A stretch of DNA of 62,749 bases, the filler included, from an uncultured virus (IMG/VR IMGVR_UViG_2061766007_002204) (lineage: Duplodnaviria > Heunggongvirae > Uroviricota > Caudoviricetes). It is 9 parts of one record of this genome, joined end to end, with 100 filler letters (N's around TTAATTAATTAA, not from the genome) between each part and the next. Parts side by side here need not be neighbours in the genome. Positions count along the whole stretch, not along the records: positions 44,871 to 61,660 come from IMGVR_UViG_2061766007_002204; 8 more parts are not named here. One strand, 5' to 3'. The notes beneath the pieces were generated by a model that had not been told where the DNA came from, did no database searches, and saw only the letters and a list, made by a program, of their open reading frames with translations. Positions 44,871 to 58,766 of the stretch are shown here, in pieces. Positions within the stretch are counted from its first letter, which is position 1. The number at the start of each line of letters is the position of its first letter. The position numbers and the translations under genes are program-made.

Positions 44871-47800
44871 TGGTCGTCGAGCGTCCACCCGGAATGGAGG
44901 TAGTTGTACCAAGTGTCGAGTTTGCTCACTCCTGCGCTCGCACTCCATTCCGAATCCGCCTGATAGAGGGCGAGAATCGCGTCGTCGTGTGCGGCGGAAG
45001 TGCCGTCGCCGACATATACCTTGGAAAGCGCAACCGATGTCGCCACAAGGAAACTCGGCGAGGCCATGACGCTATCGGCTCCGAGGTGGTACATGAAACC
45101 AANNNNNNNNNNNNNAATAAGGTTAGCCGAACTGTTATTATATTTGGACAACTGTCCAAAAAACTCCAATAAGATAAGCCTTGAGAATAAATTACTATTG
45201 TATCTAAACCCAGCATTTGAGGCACGACGAAGATAGTTTCCGGCTATGGAAATGTGCATCATGTTGTTCCCGTATTGGGCGTAACCATTTGTCTCGGTAT
45301 AACTCGAACCGAAATATTGTCTATTGAACACAATGTTGCCGTAGCCGTTTCCGTTGAGGTTGAAGGGACAATTCACGATTAAAATGCTCCTGCTTGCATC
45401 AAGGACGGAAGCACTTGCCCCGTGTACCGCATTAGATGCCAAAGCCGAAACAGAACTTGGCACGACGAGTTTAATGAGTTTCGAGCATCCGTTAAATGCA
45501 CTATCTCCAACACTCGTCACATTACTCGATAGCGTGATTTCTTGGCTCAAATTCGAGCATCCATTAAATGCACTGTCGCCAATTGATNNNNNNNNNNNNN
45601 NNNNNNNNNNNNNNNNNCTTGTAAAAAGCACGGACTCCTATCGAAAAATTTCCCGAAGCCATTGTCGGCGAATTAAGTGCGACCGTCTTGATGCTATTTA
45701 TGTTCGAGAACGCCGCCGCTCGGATAGCCTCAACAGAGTCATATCCCGTGAAATCCGCATTCTCTAACAATGTCCCGTTCAAGTACATGGCGACACCGGA
45801 AGCAACCGTAGAACTATCGTTGGGATGGTTCGTCGTATTGTTACGGCCGTAGTTGTACGCCCAGTTCCGAAGGTCTTGGATGTTTATCCTTGCGATGTTC
45901 CTTGTTCCGTCGAATACATAATTTTGGAATGTATAGACATTCGATGCGTTGTTGAATGTCATTTCCACTAACGCCGAGCAATTCAAGAAAGCCTTCGCTC
46001 CGATTGTGGTGACATTCATGGGAATCGTAATCTTCGTGAGGGCGGTACAACCAGCGAAAGCACCGCCTGCGGTTCCTGTACTCCCGTAGATTGTCGTAAC
46101 CCCGATGAAGTACCTAAACTCATCGAATTGCGTGAAGGTGCCCTTGTTAGAGGCATCACGGAACACCGTTCCGATTTCAGTCGGTGCGGCGGCTTCCATC
46201 TCGCTCAACACGCCGTTTCCATCCGTATCCCAATTGGCGAGGCAAATAGCCTCCACATTCGCATCGGCGAAACGGATACCGACGGCGTTCGGGTTGTAGA
46301 TGATATAGAGGTTAGTCCCGAACAAGCCGGAGAGGGCCTTGCGGTAGTTACCCTCGTAAGGCTCCCACGATTGGATGTCGAGTTCGTCGAGTTGGTCGGC
46401 GTACATACCGGGGATGCTCAACATACCCTCGACGATGGGCTTGCCCGCAGTCTTGGTTATCGTCCCGTCGTACAAGACACGCCCGTTCTTTTGAGAGAGG
46501 GCGATGACCGTATCAATGTCGCCGACAACGATTCCGTGCCAAATCAAGGTCGCATATTGGAGCGTTTCGTTCTGCTCGTCGAGGATGTCGGCCACGAGGT
46601 CGAACGGATTGATATGGGCGCAGTTGTTCAAGTACAGCGTCGTGATTCCGGCGAGGGCCGGGAGCGTCAATCCCGATTCTTGGAGGAACGGGAGCGAGTG
46701 CATGAACACCGTGGATGCATTGTCCGGGAACGACACCTCGGTAAGTTTCGCACCGACCGGGAGGTACAGACCAGTTGCTCCAGAACCAGCGAACAAACAA
46801 GTGCGTAGGCGAGGGCATCTGGTAAGGTCTACGATATTGTTCACCGTCGCCGTGTTCCGTGCGTCGATAGTGGTAACGGTCGGAGAAGCCACCTCAAGGA
46901 TGGCGGCGTTGAACCGGACATTTCCGGCCACCGCATCGCCGACCTTTAAGGTCTGCAACCGTTCGGACTGGACGGAGAAGGATATGTTCTCGCCCGTCGA
47001 ACGGTCGGTGAGCAACATTCCGGAAAGGTCGCCGAGGGATGAGAGCCAATCGCCTCCGTGCAAGTAGTTCGTGGACGCACCGCCCGCCGGGATGGTGAGT
47101 TGCTTCTCCACGCCCGCAGGGGTACGCATCGAATCCGGAGAGTATGTGCNNNNNNNNNNNNNNNNNNNNNNNNNNNNNNCGGATATAGTTCGATGGCAGG
47201 CGTGAGATGGAATGTAAACGCCTCCGCAAGCGTGAAGGCGATACCGCCGTAGTTCGTGTCCGCCCCAGTAAAAGCACCGATGCGGTACTTGGAGAACATG
47301 TAGGCGATTCTACGCTCTACCCAAAGCCGCTCCGCTTGGTACTCATCGCCGAGGGCTTGGTCGAGAGGAAGGACATTGTTGTATTGCTTGGTCGGATTGA
47401 TGAGCCACGGCTCGATATAAGANNNNNNNNNNNNNNNNNNNNNNNNNNNNNNNNNNNNNNNNNNNNNNNNNNNNNNNNNNNNNAACACCGTCTTGTGGAG
47501 AGCGTCGCCCGTGATGTTGTTCCGGGCCGCGATCGCCTGCACAGCGGTCATCATATCCGACATCATCTGCCTAATTGCCTCGCCGTAGTTGTCACGGATA
47601 AGCACCCAGAGTGCGGAGTCGCCACCCTGGAAGAGCTCGACCCCGGCGTTGCTCAAGTCGCCGTGTTCAACATAGTACGGCTTGGNNNNNNNNNNNNNNN
47701 NNNNNNNNNNNNNNNNNNNNNNNNNNNNNNNNNNNNNNNCAATAGACGCTCTCTCCCGTGCCGAGGGTTTCATTGTACCCACGGAACTTGAACGGGTAGG

Positions 47801-50800
47801 AGTTTTTGGCGAAGTTATCCGTCACGCCGAAGAACACGCAGAAGCAGTAGTGGTAAATCGTCTGGTCGATGTCCCAATAGTTCGGTGCGTCGGCGATGAA
47901 CTTTGCGGCTCGTGCGGCCTTGATCTGTTCGGTCGTCGGGCTACCCGTCAGTCCGAGGTAGGTCTTGACATTGTGGGCGTTGCTTCCCTCAACGGTTGTC
48001 AGATTCTCGTATTGTCCGGTCTTCGTGCGATAGAACCACAAGTCATAGTTGGAATCGTAGAACGATAGGAGGGAGTTCTTGACTCCTCCGGTAGTGCCCA
48101 GCCGGAAATTGTCAATGTCGGCGTTCACGGCGGNNNNNNNNNNNNNNNNNNNNNNNNNNNNNNNNNNNNNNNNNNNNNNNNNNNNNNNNNNNNNNNNNNN
48201 NNNNNNNNNNNNNNNNNNNNNNNNNNNNNNNNNNNNNNNNNNNNNNNNNNNNNNNNNNNNNNNNNNNNNNNNNNNNNNNNNNNNNNNNNNNNNNNNNNNN
48301 NNNNNNNNNNNNNNNNNNNNNNNNNNNNNNNNNNNNNNNNNNNNNNNNNNNNNNNNNNNNNNNNNNNNNNNNNNNNNNNNNNNNNNNNNNNNNNNNNNNN
48401 NNNNNNNNNNNNNNNNNNNNNNNNNNNNNNNNNNNNNNNNNNNNNNNNNNNNNNNNNNNNNNNNNNNNNNNNNNNNNNNNNNNNNNNNNNNNNNNNNNNN
48501 NNNNNNNNNNNNNNNNNNNNNNNNNNNNNNNNNNNNNNNNNNNNNNNNNNNNNNNNNNNNNNNNNNNNNNNNNNNNNNNNNNNNNNNNNNNNNNNNNNNN
48601 NNNNNNNNNNNNNNNNNNNNNNGTCTTGGAGTTTTTGTCCGGGCCAGCCGTGTAGAGGCCGATATACTCGTAGGAATTGTTGCCCTCGTAGTACCGGAAG
48701 CCTACGAACGGGAACTGGAACACGGCCACGCGATAGCTCTCGTTCGGCAGGTGCGACCCGAGGCCGACACCCTTGAAGAGGTCATTGTACAGGCCCGTCA
48801 TTCCCATCTTGTGGCCCTGCATCGAGGACGCATAGTTCTTCTTGGCCGTGATCCGGTCGATGTCAATGTATCCAGGTGCGTTGATGAACTTGCCGACCTT
48901 ACCGACGGCGGTAGTGCCGTCGCCGTAAAGCCATGTGGTGCTCCCGTTTGTCTTGCCACGCTGATTCCNNNNNNNNNNNNNNNNNNNNNNGCCATCGATG
49001 TTCAGACCGCCGATCGTGGAGTTCCATGTCGGATGCCCGGCGTACTCGAATTTCATAACGCAGTCGGGCCATCCGTCCTCCGGAGGCTCGTGGTCAACGG
49101 ACGGGAGCGGGGTGCTGTCGCTCGTAAGCTGGATGACCATCGTGTTATATCCGGCGTTCTTGACCATCGTGTAGTCCACAGCCGTTCCGTCGAGGATCTG
49201 GTTCTTGTTATACAGCTCTCTTCGGTTGAACTCAAGCCCGTCGACGAGGCAGTTGAAGAAGTTGCTGGCAACGGCAAGCGAGTCCAGGGCCGTGCCGTAC
49301 ACCCTCATCTTGTAGAGGTACGCATCAGTATCGCTCTGGCCGATGACGAACTCGCCGTCTCCGAATGTAGACGCTCCGTCGAACGCGAAGTTCACATTGG
49401 ATGTTCCGTTCACATATATCGAGCAGAGATTTCTCGTCGGAGTGTTCTCATAGTTCTTGACGAAGGTGATGCAGAGGTGGGTCATCTTGTTCTCCGAGAG
49501 CATGACGCTCTGCTTGATTTCGTTCCTCTCGTTCGAGCCCCACACGACGATCTTCGTCGGGTAGACGATGATGCCGACCGGAGTCGCTCCGCCGGAGAAC
49601 ATCGAGAACACGGGGAGGTCGTAGTTCGACGGATTGCCACTCTTGATCATCATTTCGATGGTCATACCGCTGTTGGCGTATTCCTGGCTCGTGAAGAACG
49701 ACAGCGGGGCGAAGTCCTCAAAGGTTACGGAAGTTCCGGCGGGGATTACCAACGCACGAACGCCGTCCNNNNNNNNNNNNNNNNNNNNNNNNNNNNNNNN
49801 NNNNNNNNNNNNNNNNNNNNNNNNNNNNNNNNNNNNNNNNNNNNNNCAGGCCGCTTGGTAGGATGCGGCGAAATGCCCGTCGGCGGACGCTCCCATCTCG
49901 TTAACAATGGTCTGGTAGTTCGACGCATCGTTGCTTCTGGTGGCGGCGTTGAGATAGAACAACGCTCCTGGAGNNNNNNNNNNNNNNNNNNNNNNNNNNN
50001 NNNNNNNNNNNNNNNNNNNNNNNNNNNNNNNNNNNNNNNNNNNNNNNNNNNTGGTATGCGGTCGCAGAAACGGCCAGCGTTCCGTTCGGGAATTCGTTCG
50101 CACCGGTATCGACCTCCAAGGAATAGGCAAATTGGTACTGGATGCCCTCTTCCAAACCCGTGGCAACGACTGGGGATGCCGTGACGGGGTAGATAACGGA
50201 GTTCAAGGTGGCGGACATGGAGATGGCCACCTTGTTTGCGAGGTACACCGCGTACGAGAAAATCGTTCCGGAGGTGTAGTTGACTGCGGACGGAACGATG
50301 GCNNNNNNNNNNNNNNNNNNNNNNNNNNNNNNNNNNNNNNNNNNNNNNNNNNNNNNNNNNNNNNNNNNNNNNNNNNNNNNNNNNNNNNNNNNNNNNNNNN
50401 NNNNNNNNNNNNNNNNNNNNNNNNNNNNNNNNNNNNNNNNNNNNNNNNGGGATGGTGTAGGTCGTCGATGTGGTCGTGTAGGACTGGTTGGCCCGGTAGT
50501 CAACATAATCCAACTCCACGCCGTCCAAAGACACATGAAGTCTCTTTTCGAGGTTTCCGGCGAATCGGATACCGTTGAGGACATAGTCCGACCCCTCGTG
50601 CCACACATTCTGCCAAGTGTGGCTGCAGGACATGGTTAGTGTAGTCAGCGTGCTCGNNNNNNNNNNNNNNNNNNNNNNNNNNNNNNNNNNNNNNNNNNNN
50701 NNNNNNNNNNNNNNNNNNNNNNNNNNNNNNNNNNNNNNNNNNNNNNNNNNNNNNNNNNNNNNNNNNNNNNNNNNNNNNNNNNNNNNNNNNNNNNNNNNNN

Positions 50801-51236
50801 NNNNNNNNNNNNNNNNNNNNNNNNNNNNNNNNNNNNNNNNNNNNNNNNNNNNNNNNNNNNNNNNNNNNNNNNNNNNNNNNNNNNNNNNNNNNNNNNNNNN
50901 NNNNNNNNNNNNNNNNNNNNNNNNNNNNNNNNNNNNNNNNNNNNNNNNNNNNNNNNNNNNNNNNNNNNNNNNNNNNNNNNNNNNNTAGAACACCTGCGGT
51001 AGGTTGCTCTGGATGTCGACGGTATACACCTCGCCTCCGAGGGTGACGGATCCCAGTTCCGTGCCGCCCTCGTAGTCGTAGAATACCATACGCATATTTG
51101 CCTGGTCGAAACTCACGAACCCAAACTTTCCAGCAAGGGCCGATGACAATAGTCCAACCTGGGCCTTAATGGCGTTCTCTACCTCAAGTCCGGAATGTCC
51201 GGCCCACGCCTCGTTGAAATCTTCAATGCTTGCCAT
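44871..51236 (-). CDS. Giant tail-associated/receptor-binding protein (LamG-like, CotH-like, BspA-type LRR)
   Basis: ATG 51236, open frames across gaps; FTQFDEFRYF, IGAKAFLNC, IGDSAFNGCS repeats; DNFAKN motif. Confidence 0.75.
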
Positions 51237-51239
51237 GTC

Positions 51240-52588
51240 CTACTTGTTATTTTTCCACACATCGTTATCTAGCCAAGGCTTGTCGGGAAGCCACACGCCG
51301 GTGCCGTAGCAAGAACGGGCTTGTGCCCACTTGAGCCTCGTGCCCCAGTAGACGGCCACCTTGTCCTTGAGCCTCGTTACNNNNNNNNNNNNNNNNNNNN
51401 NNNNNNNNNNNNNNNNNNNNNNNNNNNNNNNATCGTTTCGCATTTCATAAATCTCTTTCATACCCTATTCCTCATCAACAAAGTATCTCTTGTCCGGGTC
51501 AACCTGCCCGGCATTGACAAGGGCCTCGTACTCGGGGATCGTAAGATCGACATCCCGGGCGTTGACCCAATCCTCCGTTGCATATCCTTGAAGATCGACG
51601 GAGNNNNNNNNNNNNNNNNNNNNNNNNNNNNNNNNNNNNNNNNNNTAGTTTCCGCCGCTGACGGCGGTAATGTACACATCCTTGACGGACGGATCGTCGG
51701 AGTGGGCCACGAGGAACATCTTTCCCGTCGTCGACGAACTGGCCGGGAGCGTTCCGGTGTATGATGTGCCGTTATAGGTTACGACCACTCCGGCGGGTAT
51801 GCCGGACNNNNNNNNNNNNNNNNNNNNNNNNNNNNNNNNNNNNNNNNNNNNNNNNNNNNNNNNNNNNNNNNNNNNNNNNNNNNNNNNNNNNNNNNNNNNN
51901 NNNNNNNNNNNNNNNNNNNNNNNNNNNNNNNNNNNNNNNNNNNNNNNNNNNNNNNNNNNNNNNNNNNNNNNNNNNNNNNNNNNNNNNNNNNNNNNNNNNN
52001 NNNNNNNNNNNNNNNNNNNNNNNNNNNNNNNNNNNNNNNNNNNNNNNNNNNNNNNNNNNNNNNNNNNNNCTTCACGGCCTTGGGAGCAACCTCCACCTCG
52101 TTGTTGAAGAGTTCCTGGACTTGCTTGTTCGCGTCAGCCTCGGCGGCGAGATACGCCTCGTGACCGACGACTNNNNNNNNNNNNNNNNNNNNNNNNNNNN
52201 NNNNNNNNNNNNNNNNNNNNNNNNNNNNNNNNNNNNNNNNNNNNNNNNNNNNNNCTTCCTTCACGAACTTGCGGAGGTGCAGATAGTCGTTGATGAGAGT
52301 GGTCTTGACCTCCCGGTCGGAGATCTTGTTCAGTTTAACGCCGGAAAGAATCCCGACGAGTGCGTTCACTACGGAAAGTTTCATTACTTGCCCTCCTTGA
52401 TCTTTTTGGCCTCCTTGTAGATCACATAGCCGTTCGCGGCCATCGTAGCGANNNNNNNNNNNNNNNNNNNNNNNNNNNNNNNNNNNNNNNNNNNNNNNNN
52501 NNNNNNNNNNNNNNNNNNNNNCGTAGATGACGAGAGGCAGAACCTTTCCGCCTGGCGTCGGATTCGGATTGTTGTTTTCCTGTTGCAT
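51240..52588 (-). CDS. Four small tail-region ORFs (51240-51461, 51465->gap, gap-52384, 52384-52588)
   Basis: Coupled ORFs between tail genes. Confidence 0.55.
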
Positions 52589-52601
52589 AACTATTTGGGT
52601 G

Positions 52602-53942
52602 TTACTGTTCAAGTTCATAATATCTTCTGACCGGGTTCGTACCTTCGACCGCGTAATAGAGGCAGATGTAGAACTCGGAGTCGCTGTTGTACGGCTTGTT
52701 GTATCCGTNNNNNNNNNNNNNNNNNNNNNNNNNNNNNNNNNNNNNNNNNNNGAGAAGGTCACCGTCGCATTGGCCGGAATGACATTGGAGTTGTTATTCG
52801 CAGACCGGAACGCCGCGTAGAGATCGACATATCGACCGACGAGGACGCTGTTCTCGTTCTCAACACCGCTCGAGTAGACGGTTCCGGGGTCGACCCAGTC
52901 ATCGCAGGCTTCTTCTACATTCTCGACGTCGGAATATCTCCCGGCCACATAGTCCGTGACGAGGTAGCCGAACATCTGGCTCCCGTTCATCGTGATCGGG
53001 ACGCGGATGTTGTTCTTTATGGAGATCGTCACATTCCCGTTGGAAACGCTGAATGTGAAGCCGAGCTCTCCGCCAGCGGCCGTGAGCTGAACCGGCAGAT
53101 TCCAGCCGTCGACCAGCACAAGCTTTCCAGGGCCACCGCCCTCTCCGCTCCAAGTGTCCTTGTAGTTGACGAAATGAGGATACCCCTGGCCGTTCCAAGT
53201 GTTCCGGCTACATAAGATCGGGAACAGNNNNNNNNNNAGGGATTCTCCCTTCGTAAAGAGGATGTCCGACAGCATATCATCTCCCGGATCGTAGTTCTTC
53301 AGTTGCGTGTCCGTCGTCACGATCCATAAGTCCGTATTCCCGCTAACCGGGACATTGGCCGGTGTGCATAGAACGCCGAAATACCAATCCGGGAACGGGA
53401 TNNNNNNNNNNNNGAGCAGTCCAGTCGGGTGCAGTTCCGGGTCTGACGGCTCAAGAGTCGCCCGAGTGATAAGGCTGTATGGCCGGATCACATCGTCACT
53501 TGTCAAGAGCCGTCCTGCGAACGGAAAATTGAGAGCCCGTGCGGTCTGTACACCCAGAGCCCCCCACTCCTCCGTGTTGTGGTTGTTGTGCAGATACCCG
53601 TCGAAATCGAGGAATCTGAACCACGATGTTGGGACGGCCAGAGGCCAGTGCGAACCAGCCGTGATTCCGGAGCGGAGGGCGGCGGTANNNNNNNNNNNNN
53701 NNNNNNNNNNNNNNNNNNNNNNNNNNNNNNNCCGCCTTCCTCAATGCGTCGGTCGTCAGATCCGGGGAGTTGTGCTCGGTCGGCTTGTATTTCGCCCACT
53801 TGTTGATGTTGACATGGGTAATAAGCCCCTTGATGTCTGAGTACATCGAGTTGCCGAACACGGCCTGGATATCATCGATCTCCACGCCGATCGGCGGATT
53901 ACTGGAGGGGATGCTGTATATTTTTCCGTTCAAGTGTGCCAT
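52602..53942 (-). CDS. Tail-associated protein
   Basis: INKWAKYKP and FRFLDFDGY motifs seen in Bacteroidales phage tail modules. Confidence 0.65.
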
Positions 53943-53953
53943 TTCAAGTCCTC

Positions 53954-54241
53954 CTATTTTTCGGCAGAGACATACCCCTTTGCCTTTATGTTCGCGTTGA
54001 CGGTTAGGGTGTTCGTTTTCTTGTCGTATGACAAGTACTCGAAGGTCTGCTCGGAGATAGGCTTGTGGGCATCCAGGTTGCCGTCAAAAGGCTTTGCCAC
54101 CATAATAGCGGCCACCTTCTTCTCTTCCTCTTCCATCTCACGCTTGAGTGAAGAGACCTGCCTCGAGAGAACGATTGCAACGACAAGGTTGATGAACGCC
54201 AAGACGATAGCGAAAATCCATAATGCAATTTCTATATCCAT
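53954..54241 (-). CDS. Single-TM protein with coiled coil and beta-rich tail
   Basis: 95 aa, IALWIFAIVLAFINLVVAIVL. Confidence 0.7.
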   Translation of the reverse strand: MDIEIALWIFAIVLAFINLVVAIVLSRQVSSLKREMEEEEKKVAAIMVAKPFDGNLDAHKPISEQTFEYLSYDKKTNTLTVNANIKAKGYVSAEK

Positions 54242-54244
54242 ATC

Positions 54245-56363
54245 CTATGATGTTTGTNNNNNNNNNNNNNNNNNNNNNNNNNNNNNNNNNNNNNNNNNNN
54301 NNNNNNNNNNNNNNNNNNNNNNNNNNNNNNNNNNNNNNNNNNNNNNNNNNNNNNNNNNNNNNNNNNNNNNNNNNNNNNNNNNNNNNTTCTCCCAGCGATA
54401 GTTCGCTCCGTTGTAACCGAGGTTAACCCCGGATGTCTCCGGATAGAACCCATAGGTTTCGTGGAAAGTAACCTGCTTATATGAAACCGCGAGATTCGTT
54501 CCGGTGCGAAGGAACACATATCCCGCAGTTGCGGAAACCATTCCAGAGATATTGTTCGTGGTGGAATTCTTCAAGTTAATGATGTTCACCGCCACATTCT
54601 GTATGTTAGCGTTCAAAAACCGATGGTCGCTATATCCGAGGCTTGCTCCGNNNNNNNNNNNNNNNNNNNNNNNNNNNNNNNNNNNNNNNNNNNNNNNNNN
54701 NNNNNNNNNNNNNNNNNNNNNNNNNNNNNNNNNNNNNNNNNNNNNNNNNNNNNNNNNNNNNNNGTGTAGCTCCCGAAGGTCAGCGCGTGAGGGTTCTTCA
54801 GAGTCGTCGGTATCTCGTCGTAATAGGCAAGGTATTTCGACTCGGTCACCGTAGGGCTTCCCACCTGCGAGACATCCTCGTAGGAATATGTCCACTTGGG
54901 CCTGGGCTTCGAGAACCCGCTGATCGAATAGTTCTGGGCAGACAGCGTGCCTACCGAAAATTTCAAGGTGTTGACCAGAAAATTGTACGAACTGCCTCCC
55001 GTCTTGAGGGCGTAGTCGTCGCCCATCAAGGCGGTCACATGGGCGGAGTCGAGCGAATAGGCCGGTGATGCCGTNNNNNNNNNNNNNNNNNNNNNNNNNN
55101 NNNNNNNNNNNNNNNNNNNNNNNNNNNNNNNNNNNNNNNNNNNNNNNNNNNNNNAGCTCGATCGTGTGAGACGACGACGAGTATGTACCCCAGCTCGCAG
55201 AACCGCTTCCTCCAGTCCACGGCACGTTCACGAAGGCGAGGCCGGATGAATCGCACTGAAGGTAGTAGTAGCGGTCTGATACCGAGGTCACGCTCTGGAT
55301 TGTCGGGGTAGTCGAGAGAACAGANNNNNNNNNNNNNNNNNNNNNNNNNNNNNGGCGTTGGTCGTAGCAGGATTGGCCGTCACGGACAGCGGGCCGTTCT
55401 CCCAGTTTCCGCTCGTCGCGTTCCAGCGGAGGATGTCGCCGTTATTCAAGTTCGTCGNNNNNNNNNNNNNNNNNNNNNNNNNNNNNNNNNNNNNNNNNNN
55501 NNNNNNNNNNNNNNNNNNNNNNNNNNNNNNNNNNNNNNNNNNNNNNNNNNNNNNNNNNNNNNNNNNNNNNNNNNNNNNNNNGCCAGTGCCTCCGGCGTTG
55601 GGGTCGTAGTAGATCCTTGTGGAATCGTTCTCCGCCGCAACGGATGAAGTATTGTTCGAGATCCCGCTGACCTGGTACAGCACGCCAGGGCCGGGAGATC
55701 CCGAGATCGGTGTGCCGAGCGTGTAGAAATTTCTGTTCTGCGACAAGTCAACGCCGTTGATCGTAGTCGTGACCGCCACATAGTTCGAGTGCTGGTGGTT
55801 CAAGTCCACGTTCACGATGTCGCCGTTCGACCAGATGAACTTGACGACACCGGGTGCGTTCTGCTCCGTCGTAATGTCCTCAAGGACATTCACATCAAGA
55901 CTCCCGACGAGCGAGTCTACCTGGCTCTTCGTGTAGAAATCGGCGGAGACCGAGTTTACGGTCAAGGAAGAGTATCCGGAACCGTTCGTCAGCGAAACAT
56001 TCGGTGTTGACTGTTGGAGGGCCTGGACGGCCTCGTAGATGCTCTCGATCGCCTTCGAAGAGAAGGTCTCCGTCAGAGTCTCGCTAGCGATCGGCGTGCC
56101 GAGGTCGGCAACTCCTTTCACGGAGGTAATAAGNNNNNNNNNNNNNNNNNNNNNNNNNNNNNNNNNNNNNNNNNNNNNNNNNNNNNNNCAAGAGGATGGC
56201 CGTCTATGGAGTCCTTCAGTTTGACGGAATAGGTGTGCGGTGTGGTCGTTGTATCTTCGACAAGCTCGAAGAACGAGAAATCCTTCAAGCNNNNNNNNNN
56301 NNNNNNNNNNNNNNNNNNNNNNNNNNNCTCGTCAAGTATGTCTCGTATCTCAATCTTTGCCAT
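54245..56363 (-). CDS. Tail fibre protein
   Basis: S/T/G-rich; GDILRWNATSGNWEN, AFVNVPWT, LKNPHALTF fibre-like motifs. Confidence 0.7.
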
Positions 56364-58764
56364 TATATCTCCACCGTACCGATTACGGGCCCAAGATAGT
56401 TAATTTTTCCGTCAATTGCAACTGTCGTGTTCGTCACAGACCGCGACATCTTCTTCACGGACGATTTCGTCGCAAAGTTCTGCGATATGTAGTTCACCTC
56501 GTGCTTCACGCCTTCGTACGAGATCGTCCGCACGATCTTGTCGGTGAGCACGACCTCAATGTCCGGGATGATATACGGGCTCTTGTTGGAGGGTTCGTTC
56601 CATGTGAACGTAATCGACCGTACTCCAAGCTGGAGCGCCGTGTTCGGAGCGACGAACCGAGGGTCAGTGATGGCGATGATCACACCCGCATCCAACCGGT
56701 CGGCCAGCACGCCAGCATAGTCGTTCCCTCCATTTTCGTGTGCCTTGATCTTGTCGAGCGTTATGACCCATGTCGGATTAGTCCAGGCGTTCTCGTCCAG
56801 GGAGTCCTCCTTGCTCTCGGTAAGTCTCTTCTCTGCCCAAATCACGNNNNNNNNNNNNNNNNNNNNNNNNNNNNNNNNNNNNNNNNNNNNNNNNNNNNNN
56901 NNNNNNNNNNNNNNNNNNNNNNNNNNNNNNNNNCCGCAGAAGCGTAAGCTTCCACTCGGACGGAACTCCGTTCAAGGATTTCGTCCGGTCAACCTCCGGG
57001 CGCTTCTGGATGATGAACTCGTAGTCCTCCGAAACGGACATGAAGCCATCGGAGAAATGAATCGCGGCGGNNNNNNNNNNNNNNNNNNNNNNNNNNNNNN
57101 NNNNNNNNNNNNNNNNNNTTGCGTAATCCTCATCGCTCTCTCCGGCCTGCTGTGTGGACTGCCATAGGTTCTTGATCCAGACAGTGAAAACCTGCCGGTA
57201 GGAGACCTGGTCCGTCGGAGTGCAGTGAAGGACGATGTCCCAGATGCCGTACTTGCCGACGATATAGGTGCCTTCCGCTCCCGTCATCTTGTCCACGATT
57301 AGGTCGACGCAGTAGTGGTATGTCCCAGGAGGAATCGCGTTGAAGCCGTACCGGTTGTTATTTGTGTCCTTCACATAGAGCTCGGAGTTTACGGTGTCGA
57401 TCTTCCCGTTAGGTGCGTCACCTCCGTCGGAGTCATCCTCCATCCAAGCGTATTCGATCCGGCCTACGCGACCGGCAGGGATCGTAAACGTACTGGCGGA
57501 TTCTACTGNNNNNNNNNNNNNNNNNNNNNNNNNNNNNNNNNNNNNNNNNNNNNNNNNNNNNNNNNNNNNNNNNNNNNNNNNNTCCTGGCTCTCCTCGTCA
57601 GTGATGTAGACGCCGACCACCTCGTCGACCCGGCCGATGTCCGGATTGTCGTCCGGAAAATCGACGCCCTGGATCGTTGGGAAGATGTCGTCGTTGTCGT
57701 CCAGCTTGCCCTGCCGGACGCCNNNNNNNNNNNNNNNNNNNNNNNNNNNNNNNNNNNNNNNNNNNNNNNNNNNNCCACCGGATCGAATTTCGTGTCCGTA
57801 TGGCCCTTTGCGTAGGCCCAGTCGGTGGCGCCACGGGATGCGTCGTAGGTCTCTACCGACTCTCCCTGGTTCAGCTGCCGGAGCGGGTTCGTCTTCCACC
57901 CCTGCACGTAGTTTCTGAAATTGCTGTCGAGCAGGCGGGAGAAGAAGACATTCTCGAGTTCCTTGATCGCGTCCGGGTCTGCGGCCCAGCCCGTGTTGAA
58001 CGGGTCCGTGTACTTGAAATAACGGTACGGAAGGTTCTTCTCTCCTCCACGGCCAAGAAGGACGTTGCAGATCTCCGGGTCCTCCNNNNNNNNNNNNNNN
58101 NNNNNNNNNNNNNNNNNNNNNNNNNNNNNNNNNNNNNNNNNNNNCGTACTGGAAGACGTGGTCGTCGATGCTCTCCGGCTCGTATCCGACCTTGATGTGG
58201 GTCACGGCGCCAACTCGCTGGAAACGCCAGGACACCTGGTATATCTCGAAGAANNNNNNNNNNNNNNNNNNNNNNNNNNNNNNNNNNNNNNNNNNNNNNN
58301 NNNNNNNNNNNNNNNNNNNNNNNNNNNNNNNNNNNNNNNNNNNNNNNNNNNNNNNNNNNNNNNNNNNNGAAGGCGGCGACGAAATTCGTGAGGTTGAGAC
58401 GGAGCGTGGCCACGTACTTATCGATGATAATCGTACCAACCTCGATCTCCGACATCTCCGCGAAGAAATACCGCTTCAGCTCGTTGACCGGNNNNNNNNN
58501 NNNNNNNNNNNNNNNNNNNNNNNNNNNNNNNNNNNNNNNNNNNNNNNNNNNNNNNNNNNNNNNNNNNNNNNNNNNNNNNNNNNNNNNNNNNNNNNNNNNN
58601 NNNNNNNNNNNNNNNNNNTGGGTCGTTATGGTCCGTTCGCCCATTTCCTCGAACTGGACGGTCGCCTGGTGGAGCGTTGCCTTCTTCGTGCGGGCCTGGT
58701 CGAGCCAAAGCCCGCTGTACCGCGTTCCACCGACCCTTGTGTATTCTGATATTGCCGGAATCAT
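56363..58764 (-). CDS. Tail tip/hub protein
   Basis: ~800 codons across gaps; LGRGGEKNLPYRYF, DDIFPTIQG. Confidence 0.65.
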
Positions 58765-58766
58765 AG

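Noticed and set aside
44871..58764. Diversity-generating retroelement or invertible tail shufflon
   Set aside because: No reverse transcriptase, adenine-variant repeat pair or inverted crossover sites seen, though gaps could hide them.
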